DNA from: a virus
Direction: 5' to 3' (one strand)
Length of the DNA: 64,000 bases
IMG/VR virus record: IMGVR_UViG_3300039065_000016
Under the pieces are notes generated by a model, which saw nothing but the letters and a program-made list of their open reading frames with translations, was not told the origin of the DNA and ran no database searches. Below are positions 28,358 to 35,860 of the stretch, one piece after another. Positions within the stretch are counted from its first letter, which is position 1. Every line of letters starts with the position of its first letter. The translations under genes and the position numbers were made by a program.

Positions 28358-28660
28358 ATGACTAAGCAGATCAATATCGGCGTCAGCAACTTCGACGAAG
28401 CTTTCATCCAGCACATCATCAGCGGCGGTTTCCTCTTCGATGTCGACGACTATGAAGTCGCAGACCGCATCCTGCTGAATGTGGATGGCGAACCGGCTAT
28501 CCAGTTCGAACTGAATGCCGAACTGTGGAACGAAGAGACTCTGGGCATTCCGATGGACATCGACAGTGACGAGTTCGCCGATGAGCTTCAAGATTGGGTC
28601 GAGTCTAAGGTCAATTTCGCCTTCGAAGAGTGGCTGAGCGCGGACGAAGGCGAAGAGTAA
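28358..28660 (+). CDS. very acidic small protein
   Basis: 100 aa, roughly a quarter D/E with very few K/R. Confidence 0.55.
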   Translation: MTKQINIGVSNFDEAFIQHIISGGFLFDVDDYEVADRILLNVDGEPAIQFELNAELWNEETLGIPMDIDSDEFADELQDWVESKVNFAFEEWLSADEGEE

Positions 28661-28706
28661 TCATCAGGCGCGGCCGGTTGGTCGCGCCATTCACAGGAGA
28701 ATTGTC

Positions 28707-29624
28707 GTGTCCAAGCCAATCCCTTTCAACAGCATCGACGGTGACGTCAAGTTCAAGCTCGAAGTCGTGGGTGAAGCAGAAATCGTCCTAGTGGATGTAA
28801 GCGTCAGCACCTCCCAGTTTCGAAAGTTCTGGCCGATAGCAGATAGCCTCTGCTGGGACGAAGAGAAGGCCGAGTTCGTTCCTCGATACAAATCTTCTTA
28901 CTTGCAGGGCGCTACTGAGTTTTCCAACCGCGCCCTCCTGGCGTTCGCCGCTGGACAGTATTATCTGCGGGCCGATCAGGGACGGAAAGACGAATCCGAA
29001 GGCGTGACTTCTGACGAAAGCCTGACGGCCATGGAGCTTGATCGGGAGAACTCGCGTCTGGACGAATGCCTGCAAAACTCCATCGCTCGCGAAGACAAGA
29101 CGGCCGAGGTGAATCGCCAGCTTCAACTCAGAATCAGAGATTTGGAGGCCGAAGTCGAAACGAAGAACTCGGCCATCAAGGGCCATCAAAGAAGAATCGA
29201 CGAACTGCTGAAGCACTCGCAGAACTTGTCCGCGCAGAACGTCGAATTTTCGCTGGAGCTGGAGTCCAAGAAGACTCTTCTGGAAGCACTCGACAAGAGC
29301 CTGGAAACCCTCATGGCCGACAAAGACAGGCTCGAAACAGCAGCGAAATCGGCCATCGATCTGGAAAACAAAGCTGCCGAAACGAATAGCCAGCTCGCCC
29401 TTCGAATCCGCGAGCTGGAGGCCGAGCTGGAGTCCCAAAAGGCGCTCCGGGAAGAGTCTGACAGAAGCCTGGACGGAAGCATCGCCAATGCCAACAATCA
29501 ATACAAGTTGGCTTGCGAAGCGCGCGAAGCATTGTCGCGGGCGCGCGAGGATGCCGAGTTCTATCGCATCGGCATGCAAAGGATCGCGGAAATTGCGAAC
29601 CGCAAACCTTTCGAGGACTGCTGA
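28707..29624 (+). CDS. coiled-coil protein
   Basis: 305 aa, GTG start after an AGGAGA ribosome-binding site. Internal repeat LQLRIRDLEAEVE / LALRIRELEAELE. Confidence 0.55.
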   Translation: MSKPIPFNSIDGDVKFKLEVVGEAEIVLVDVSVSTSQFRKFWPIADSLCWDEEKAEFVPRYKSSYLQGATEFSNRALLAFAAGQYYLRADQGRKDESEGVTSDESLTAMELDRENSRLDECLQNSIAREDKTAEVNRQLQLRIRDLEAEVETKNSAIKGHQRRIDELLKHSQNLSAQNVEFSLELESKKTLLEALDKSLETLMADKDRLETAAKSAIDLENKAAETNSQLALRIRELEAELESQKALREESDRSLDGSIANANNQYKLACEAREALSRAREDAEFYRIGMQRIAEIANRKPFEDC

Positions 29625-29626
29625 TC

Positions 29627-29815
29627 GTGCAGAAATATTGCCTGCACCATATCCCTCGGCCCGGAACGCTCCAGTTCGAATTCGAACGGATTGCCAGTTC
29701 CAAACTCGGCATCAATGACGGCTGCCTGTCTCTGTCATCCGATGGCGAGCGCTATCTGAACGATCACATTGACTGGCTCTGGCGACAGTTCCTGGCTTCC
29801 AGAAATTTCAGATAA
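29627..29815 (+). CDS. hypothetical small protein
   Basis: Candidate GTG start just after the upstream stop. 62 aa. The start is uncertain. Confidence 0.35.
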   Translation: MQKYCLHHIPRPGTLQFEFERIASSKLGINDGCLSLSSDGERYLNDHIDWLWRQFLASRNFR

Positions 29816-29830
29816 TTCTCTCAAAAGTGC

Positions 29831-29870
29831 TTTACTCGATGAGGTGTCTGAGGTATAGTCACCTCATCGA
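29831..29870 (+). promoter_or_regulatory. early promoter embedded in an 11-bp inverted repeat
   Basis: TTTACT (29831-29836), N17, TATAGT (29854-29859). TCGATGAGGTG (29836-29846) pairs with CACCTCATCGA (29860-29870). Confidence 0.6.
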
Positions 29871-29894
29871 GTGAATAAACCAAAGAGGTGTGAG

Positions 29895-30080
29895 ATGACT
29901 AAAGCCGAGCAACTCCTTAAAGCCCGTCTGGAAGACATCGCCAATGCGGCAGTACGTCGTGAGCGCCTTGACTGGGCCACAGCCTATACTTTCGACGATG
30001 GAAGCTCCATTCAGTGCCGCAAGCTGTCGGGTCGCTCGGCCTTCGCCCGCAACGGGTGGAGCCTCGGCTCCATCGACTGA
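29895..30080 (+). CDS. hypothetical small early protein
   Basis: ATG at 29895 after an AGAGGTG ribosome-binding site, downstream of promoter 29831-29859. Confidence 0.5.
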   Translation: MTKAEQLLKARLEDIANAAVRRERLDWATAYTFDDGSSIQCRKLSGRSAFARNGWSLGSID

Positions 30081-30135
30081 CCAAATCGTCCGGCTTCCTG
30101 ACCTTACAGAATATCAAATAATTTCGCAGAAGTGC

Positions 30136-30185
30136 TTTACTCGATGAGGCGACTTAGATATAGTCACCTCATCGAAACGCGAACG
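30136..30185 (+). promoter_or_regulatory. early promoter embedded in an inverted repeat, plus leader
   Basis: TTTACT (30136-30141), N17, TATAGT (30159-30164). TCGATGAGGCG pairs with CACCTCATCGA. Leader CATCGAAACGCGAAC. Confidence 0.6.
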
Positions 30186-30204
30186 TCCAAAAGAGGATTG
30201 TGAA

Positions 30205-30405
30205 ATGACATCTCAATTCAACGCCTACGAACGGCTAATCATCGAACTCCAGACCCGTTCCAAATATCGTCGCGCCGGTGGGAAGTTCGCGCCGGTTGAC
30301 GGCACCCAGACCGGACCATGGGGTCCGGTGGACAACGAACTTTGGGCGAAGCTTGAGGCCGAAGTCGAAGCCATCTACACCAGCAAACAGGAGCGCAAAG
30401 CATGA
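30205..30405 (+). CDS. hypothetical small early protein
   Basis: 66 aa, AGAGGA ribosome-binding site, downstream of promoter 30136-30164. Confidence 0.55.
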   Translation: MTSQFNAYERLIIELQTRSKYRRAGGKFAPVDGTQTGPWGPVDNELWAKLEAEVEAIYTSKQERKA

Positions 30406-30617
30406 TCAAGCAAGACCTGTACAAGCAGATCGCCTTCGCGGCGATTGGCTCCGGCATCAAGATGTTCGTCAAGCTTTACTGCAACGACACCATCCTGGAA
30501 GTCATCGGCGTCGAGGAAGCCCACATTGATGGGACGACTCGGCTGCGTTACACCGGTCGCGCCGATGGTGTCGATGTTCATTTCTTCATCAATGAAATCG
30601 ACATGGTGATGGTATGA
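30402..30617 (+). CDS. hypothetical small early protein
   Basis: 71 aa with a 4-nt overlap upstream. Confidence 0.5.
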   Translation: MIKQDLYKQIAFAAIGSGIKMFVKLYCNDTILEVIGVEEAHIDGTTRLRYTGRADGVDVHFFINEIDMVMV

Positions 30618-30814
30618 GCGGCCATTCGATGTTCGACTTTGAAGTCGATTTCAATAGCGCCACCAATAGCGCCACCATGGAAATCGATCCCGGTTCATTC
30701 TATGTAGGCTTCGGGTTTGGCGCGACTGCTCTGTCAGTCCTGATCTATGTAGACGGAGTTTGGGTGAGCGAACGGACGGCATGGATTCCAGATCCAAAGG
30801 AAATATCGCCATGA
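30614..30814 (+). CDS. hypothetical small protein with hydrophobic segment
   Basis: 66 aa with a 4-nt overlap upstream. Confidence 0.5.
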   Translation: MSGHSMFDFEVDFNSATNSATMEIDPGSFYVGFGFGATALSVLIYVDGVWVSERTAWIPDPKEISP

Positions 30815-31023
30815 GCAAGCGCAAAAACGATCAAGGCGGCTGGGCGCAACCCGGCAATGCTCGCAAAGTCCACTTCTTCACGTCGGACGGCCGCAGTCTG
30901 TGCAAGCGCTGGCTGTATCTCGGCAAGACTTACAGCGAGCTGCCCGACCTGGAAGTCACCTGCGCGATCTGCGAGAAGAAGCGCCAGAGTCCTTTCGAGA
31001 AATACTGCGACACCATTTTCTAA
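30811..31023 (+). CDS. hypothetical Cys-containing small protein
   Basis: ATGA overlap. 70 aa (MSKRKNDQGG...CAICEKKRQ). Confidence 0.5.
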   Translation: MSKRKNDQGGWAQPGNARKVHFFTSDGRSLCKRWLYLGKTYSELPDLEVTCAICEKKRQSPFEKYCDTIF

Positions 31024-31054
31024 CGTTCAAGCCTTCAAAAACCGAGGAACCGCC

Positions 31055-31702
31055 ATGAAACTCTACCATGCAAAAGTCAGCCCTCCATCCTTCTATCGCC
31101 ACAACCAGACCGACGAAGAGCGGAAAGCGCTGGAGGCGGAATACATCAGCAAACTCCACGTCCTCCTGGGGAACCTGGAAGGCGTAACAATCGGGAATCC
31201 TGGTGAGCGGAACTGGGAGCCGTCCACATGGAGCAACGACGTTCCCGTGATGTGTAATGAAATCGGCCTGGGCCGTCTGACCGCTTCGGCCTGGGATCTG
31301 GACAAGGACTATCCGTACACCATCATCAGCTTGGTCCTTCTCTGGGACGATGTTGACCCGGAAGCCGCTCTGCGGCCAATGCTGGAGCGCCTGGAGCTGG
31401 CCGCGAGCCGGTTGGCTGGCAGGTCCGAAGGCTACATCAACCAACCACAGATGGTGGACGGCATCGAAGGTTGGAACTCGCACACCAGCTCGGCCATCCC
31501 TGGTCCGAATCTCCAGAGCGTCAACCGTCTCCTGCTCAAGGAAGACTGCTGCACGGACGAACTCCAGCATGCCCTGGACGCAGGATGGCGCCTTCTCGCC
31601 GTTTGTCCGCAGGAAGCGCGTCGGCCCGATTACATCCTGGGTCGATTCGATCCGACTCCACCGCCCGGTCCCCGTGGAGCGGCCAGGAGCATAGAAGGAT
31701 GA
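31055..31702 (+). CDS. hypothetical protein
   Basis: ATG at 31055 after a GAGGAA ribosome-binding site. 215 aa. Confidence 0.55.
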   Translation: MKLYHAKVSPPSFYRHNQTDEERKALEAEYISKLHVLLGNLEGVTIGNPGERNWEPSTWSNDVPVMCNEIGLGRLTASAWDLDKDYPYTIISLVLLWDDVDPEAALRPMLERLELAASRLAGRSEGYINQPQMVDGIEGWNSHTSSAIPGPNLQSVNRLLLKEDCCTDELQHALDAGWRLLAVCPQEARRPDYILGRFDPTPPPGPRGAARSIEG

Positions 31703-32031
31703 CTATGGTAGGGCCGACAGGCAAGCGCTATTGGCTCCGATATGAAACCAGATACTGGGAGTGTCTTGACGGACAAACCCTGCGGCTGGTCTTCGTCATC
31801 AACGGTCGCCGGTACGAGGTCAATCGACGAGTGAATGTCGACATCCTGTCCAGTCGGCGCAGGTTCGAATCTTTCGGCCGAGTCCTGGCAAGGATGGAAA
31901 TCAGCCTGTGGTTCGCAGTGTGCGAGCAAGAAGGGCCATGGCGCGGTAGCGTAGCCATAAGCGATACCGCACTTTGGTTCCACCTGACGGGAGAATTGAT
32001 ACACAAATGCTTTACTCGGCGGCCAAAATAA
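31699..32031 (+). CDS. hypothetical protein
   Basis: Start is the ATG at 31699 (overlapping the upstream stop) or at 31705. About 110 aa. Its 3' end contains the next promoter. Confidence 0.45.
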   Translation: MTMVGPTGKRYWLRYETRYWECLDGQTLRLVFVINGRRYEVNRRVNVDILSSRRRFESFGRVLARMEISLWFAVCEQEGPWRGSVAISDTALWFHLTGELIHKCFTRRPK

Positions 32032-32040
32032 GGGCATAAT
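32011..32040 (+). promoter_or_regulatory. early promoter
   Basis: ATGCTTTACT (-35 at 32011-32016), N18, CATAAT (32035-32040), followed by CTCTTCA as in other copies. Confidence 0.5.
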
Positions 32041-32090
32041 CTCTTCACCGGCTGAGAAGTCGGACCCAAAGTCCAAAAAGGAATCTAGAA

Positions 32091-32315
32091 ATGTACAGAA
32101 CTCCCTCGTCCAAGTTCACGTTCATCTGCAACGGCCTCGCCCAGAACACAGAGGTAACGATCCTGCTCCGGACGCAGAAGCCAGAAGATGTATGGGTGGT
32201 GCACGAAGCTACATCTGCTGACCTGATTCGCATCCATGAACGCAGCAATCCGCGCCGTCGCCGTACCATCAGCATCCTCGACGTGGACGCCGTGTCCATC
32301 CTTCACAAACGTTAA
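32091..32315 (+). CDS. hypothetical small early protein
   Basis: 74 aa, AAAGGA ribosome-binding site, downstream of promoter 32011-32040. Confidence 0.5.
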   Translation: MYRTPSSKFTFICNGLAQNTEVTILLRTQKPEDVWVVHEATSADLIRIHERSNPRRRRTISILDVDAVSILHKR

Positions 32316-32370
32316 TCCATCGGCGCGGCTGGGTTGGTTCCGGTCGCGCCTCTTCAAACAGGAGTGTGTC

Positions 32371-32592
32371 ATGGCCAAAGTTGTGAGAGTTGATGAGCTG
32401 AAAACTGGCGACGAAATTCTGATTAAGCTCAGAGCAGATGCCGCAGCAAGGAACAAGGCTATTGTACTTTCTGTCGAATGCTGGCGCGACGAAATCACCC
32501 TGGAGCTCACCTGCCCGGCCGGCGACTACTGGGAAGACTGGCGCGGTAAATATCGCGCATATGACAAAGTCGTTCTGTTGAAGCGCGACTAA
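32371..32592 (+). CDS. hypothetical small protein
   Basis: ATG at 32371 after a CAGGAG ribosome-binding site that follows hairpin 32322-32350. 73 aa. Confidence 0.5.
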   Translation: MAKVVRVDELKTGDEILIKLRADAAARNKAIVLSVECWRDEITLELTCPAGDYWEDWRGKYRAYDKVVLLKRD

Positions 32593-32642
32593 CAGCAACC
32601 AGCCTCTGCGACTCGGCAGGGCTTTCTCACTGGAGACCATTG

Positions 32643-32960
32643 ATGTCTGACAAAGAACAAACAGCAAATGCTCATTACTGGGTGACGGTCAGTCCGACAG
32701 ATCTGTCCAGCGCGTCGGCCGCGCAGCGACTCTGCGAAACGATCCAACTGAACATGACGCGAGGCGTCGCAGCCTACATCAAGTTCTACGGCTCGAAAGG
32801 CGAAGCTCTGGTGACGCGAGTCATTCCGAACCAGTGCGAACTCTTCGTGAATGACGAGGCAGGAACGAATCGTCGCCGAACTGCGATTATGATCGAGTAC
32901 ATACGCTTCAAAATTCCGGCCGGAATGTCCCTGGTCGATCACATCAAGCAACCTTACTGA
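32643..32960 (+). CDS. hypothetical protein
   Basis: ATG at 32643 after a GGAGA ribosome-binding site. 105 aa. Confidence 0.5.
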   Translation: MSDKEQTANAHYWVTVSPTDLSSASAAQRLCETIQLNMTRGVAAYIKFYGSKGEALVTRVIPNQCELFVNDEAGTNRRRTAIMIEYIRFKIPAGMSLVDHIKQPY

Positions 32961-32969
32961 GGGCGCATC

Positions 32970-33575
32970 ATGCTATACATATGGGAAGATCAAGATATCC
33001 ATCACGGCACTGAAACTGTCGCATTCGTCGGCGAGGCCAGGTCCAACTATTTGATCATCGGATTCAAACTCGGCGATCTGTTCGCTGTTGCCGAAGAGGC
33101 CACTGGCCAGATCGTGGTAAGCCCGCTGTCTCGGCAAGGGGCGGCGGAGTGGCTGAACCTCAACGGCCACATGCCTGCCGAGATCATCAGCCACGGCCCT
33201 GGTAATCACAAGAATCCGTATGTCTGGGCAGACTCCATCGCTTTGAAAACGCTGCCGAACTATCCGAACATGCGCTGCGTCACCACTCCATTCATGGGCG
33301 TCGATCCCGCAGAACCAGGCAACGACACGACGGTTTACCACGAACCGAAAGCGCCGAGCCTTCCCGATCTTCCAGAAGGGCCGATGTCTCCGCCGGCGCC
33401 TCCAGTACCTCCAGTTCCGAAAGCGCCAAAAGCTCCGCCACCTCCGCAGGTAAGCAGGCGGCCTGAACCGCTGGGTCTTCGGTCCGGAGCCATACCGTCA
33501 AGTTCGTCACCCGCGTCGGACAACGACAAGCCCGGCGACCTACCAATCGAGCCGATCACGGTCCCGACTTTCTGA
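32970..33575 (+). CDS. hypothetical protein with proline-rich C-terminus
   Basis: 201 aa. PAPPVPPVPKAPKAPPPPQ tract. Followed by terminator 33595-33625. Confidence 0.55.
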   Translation: MLYIWEDQDIHHGTETVAFVGEARSNYLIIGFKLGDLFAVAEEATGQIVVSPLSRQGAAEWLNLNGHMPAEIISHGPGNHKNPYVWADSIALKTLPNYPNMRCVTTPFMGVDPAEPGNDTTVYHEPKAPSLPDLPEGPMSPPAPPVPPVPKAPKAPPPPQVSRRPEPLGLRSGAIPSSSSPASDNDKPGDLPIEPITVPTF

Positions 33576-33594
33576 CCGTCGCACCATCGTCCAG

Positions 33595-33625
33595 AAAACA
33601 CCGCAGCCTGTCCTGCGGTGTTTTC
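33595..33625 (+). terminator. intrinsic terminator
   Basis: AAAACACCGCAG, CCTGTC loop, CTGCGGTGTTTT. Confidence 0.7.
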
Positions 33626-33632
33626 ACATCCG

Positions 33633-33647
33633 ACAACCGTTCGTCGG
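33633..33647 (+). promoter_or_regulatory. ACAACCGTTCGTCGG motif copy
   Basis: Exact 15-mer, 28 nt upstream of the -35 at 33676. Confidence 0.5.
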
Positions 33648-33675
33648 GTTCATCATCATTCTGCTAAAATAAATG

Positions 33676-33704
33676 TAGACACGCAGCATCGATCTAGGCA
33701 TAAT
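33676..33704 (+). promoter_or_regulatory. early promoter
   Basis: TAGACA, N17, CATAAT, followed by CTCTTTCA. The leader ends in the exact CCAAAACAGAGGA (33747-33759). Confidence 0.5.
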
Positions 33705-33767
33705 CTCTTTCAACGGGGCGACAAACCGAAGCCCGAAAGAAATCTTCCAAAACAGAGGATCGCAGAA

Positions 33768-34382
33768 ATGACCAACTCCATCAAAACCTTCGGCGACATC
33801 CAGAACGCAGAAATGAAAGAACTGGTCGCCTTCTACAACTCTCACAACGCCGATGCGACTGTAAAGCGCTTCTCCGACCGCAAGACCGCCGAGCGTCGCT
33901 GCCTCGCCATCCTGAACGCTCTGCCGGCCGAGGAAGAAGCCTTCCAGGAAGAGGAAGCCCCGGCCAAGGTTTACAAAACCCGCACTTCCAAGAAGAAGGA
34001 AGAAGAGAAGGCCGAGGAAGAGAGCCTGAAGCCGGAAGAGGAAATCACCGAAGAGGAAGCGCTGGAAGAAATCAGGAAGATGCGCGAAGAGGCGAAGAAC
34101 GCTCCAGAGAAGGCCAAAGAGGCCAAAGACCTGTCGGCAGCCATCGCCAACTCCTGGAAAGACCCGGAAGTCTCCAGAAAGCGCACTCAGCGTCATGGAG
34201 TTGCCGTTACCGTCAAAGGCAAGCGCGGTGAGTTCCGGTCCACCAACGCAGCATTCATCGAGTTCGGCCTGCCCTCTTCGAAGCACATCCGCTTCCGCAT
34301 GCAGCTGAAGGAAGCCGGCAAGTTGACTTTCGAGCACGAAGGCGTCAAATACAACTTCGAAATCATCGAAGCTGGAGAATAA
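33768..34382 (+). CDS. hypothetical protein with highly charged central linker
   Basis: ATG at 33768 preceded by promoter 33676-33704 and the exact CCAAAACAGAGGA leader. 204 aa. Confidence 0.6.
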   Translation: MTNSIKTFGDIQNAEMKELVAFYNSHNADATVKRFSDRKTAERRCLAILNALPAEEEAFQEEEAPAKVYKTRTSKKKEEEKAEEESLKPEEEITEEEALEEIRKMREEAKNAPEKAKEAKDLSAAIANSWKDPEVSRKRTQRHGVAVTVKGKRGEFRSTNAAFIEFGLPSSKHIRFRMQLKEAGKLTFEHEGVKYNFEIIEAGE

Positions 34383-34395
34383 GAAACCCAAAAAG

Positions 34396-34436
34396 AAAGC
34401 CCCGGATTCTGAACTAGAGTCCGGGGCTTTGTCGTT
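34396..34436. terminator. bidirectional intrinsic terminator (early block 2 / terS-like gene)
   Basis: AAAGCCCCGGA, 13-nt loop, TCCGGGGCTTT, with an A-run before and a T-rich run after. Lies between convergent genes. Confidence 0.65.
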
Positions 34437-34458
34437 TCTGATTGTTATTGGTCGGCTT

Positions 34459-34538
34459 CCTAGAACAGCCCTAGAATCGTTTTTCGTCCCAACCCGCTAC
34501 CGTCGCCTTAGTTCGGTCCGATTCGGGCCTAGAACGAT
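34459..34538. repeat. three direct CCTAGAA(C/T) repeats
   Basis: CCTAGAAC at 34459-34466, CCCTAGAATCG at 34469-34479 and CCTAGAACGAT at 34528-34538, just downstream of the terS-like stop. Confidence 0.5.
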
Positions 34539-34544
34539 GTTATT

Positions 34545-35123
34545 TTATGTCTGAATGGGGTTGGCGCGGTCTTCCTCGGTCGGCTCCGGCGTCGGGGACG
34601 GGAAATCGCCCTCTTCGCCGTCCTGCACATAGCCATTGGCTTCGGCCGCAGCAGCGACGGTGGCGGTCTGAGCCTCGGCTTCTGATGCGTAGAAGTCGGC
34701 CAATCCGCGACCTACCCTGGTCTTACCAGACTCGTCAACGAACGTGATTTCGGCCAGAACGTTCAATTCCTTGATGGCCGACAGACGGCTGGAGTCCTTG
34801 ACGGTGGGATCACGAACCATCTGGAGAAGTTCGTGAAGCGCCGTCTTTGGATTCCATAGATCGGACGTTCTGGTCGCATTCAGCTTGGCTTTGAATTGCT
34901 TGCGATAGTACGGGTTGGACTCCATCGCGAAGATGCGGGCCTGGGCCGGGCCATCCATGTGCTCTTCGCCCCAGATCGCTCTGAAGACCCGCCAGGAGCT
35001 ATAGCCTTGAACGCGCAGGTCGATGTACAGATCGAAACGCTTCTGGTTGATCGCCGCGAACTGCGGATCAGCGAATTCCTGTGGCGTGACTAAATCGTCG
35101 GGGCTGTAATATTTGGCGGTCAT
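34545..35123 (-). CDS. putative terminase small subunit
   Basis: 192-aa lone leftward gene. LWNPKTALHELLQMVRD...RLSAIKELNVL resembles small-terminase helical motifs, and there is an acidic C-terminal tail. The call is tentative. Confidence 0.4.
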   Translation of the reverse strand: MTAKYYSPDDLVTPQEFADPQFAAINQKRFDLYIDLRVQGYSSWRVFRAIWGEEHMDGPAQARIFAMESNPYYRKQFKAKLNATRTSDLWNPKTALHELLQMVRDPTVKDSSRLSAIKELNVLAEITFVDESGKTRVGRGLADFYASEAEAQTATVAAAAEANGYVQDGEEGDFPSPTPEPTEEDRANPIQT

Positions 35124-35444
35124 TTGTTGCTGCGTCCCTGGAGTTCGATTCTTGGACCGTCGCGGTGGCTGGGTAGGTGGCTGGGACCTGGTGCTTGCCG
35201 CGACACTGAGTATGGCGCGATTGTACTATGGGGCCAGGGAGCGCGTCTATGGGCTGCTTGTGGGTGGCCTGTAGGTCTGGGTGGGTTTGATGGTGAATGA
35301 GTGTTAGGTGGTGTTATAGGATGTTATATGGGCGGTCTGCTGGCGGGTGAGGGTCGGATTGGTGGGTGGCGGGCGATGGTGGCGGTGAGTGTTTGGATTG
35401 AATGTTAAATCGGATGTTAGGAATATGTCCAGGTGAGCGATTCT

Positions 35445-35860
35445 GCCCTGTGACCAAATTTCCGGTTCCGCTCGTCGAGTTTTGGCCCCTGCCGCTTAGT
35501 CCGCCGTGGTGTTGCCGCTGCCCATGGTTTGGAAGGACGGAAGTTTCCGGCGACCCTGCCGCGAGTTGAGTGGAATCGGAAACTCGACGGGTAGTGTACC
35601 GGCTTAGTGCCGCGAGGCTTTCAAAGACTAAACTATTCCAAATTACCAAATTACCATTAATTTTATTAATTTTAAAGATAGGTAACGTCCGTGATAGATT
35701 TTTTCTATTAGGATTGTGCAATCGATTTTCGCTGTAGAATAGTTTTAAACCATGCTCGAAAAACCGGGAATTAGGGAATATGGCCGCAAACCCGCGCGGC
35801 AGTAGGCCTCCCATCTTCCCAGTCAGAATAGCAATCCAGGAATTTGCGGCTATTTCCACA
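35445..35860. repeat. non-coding module copy R2
   Basis: Collinear blocks shared with R1: 35449-35465, 35575-35591, 35603-35626, 35627-35656, 35703-35711, 35767-35779, 35797-35807, 35841-35853. Confidence 0.75.
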
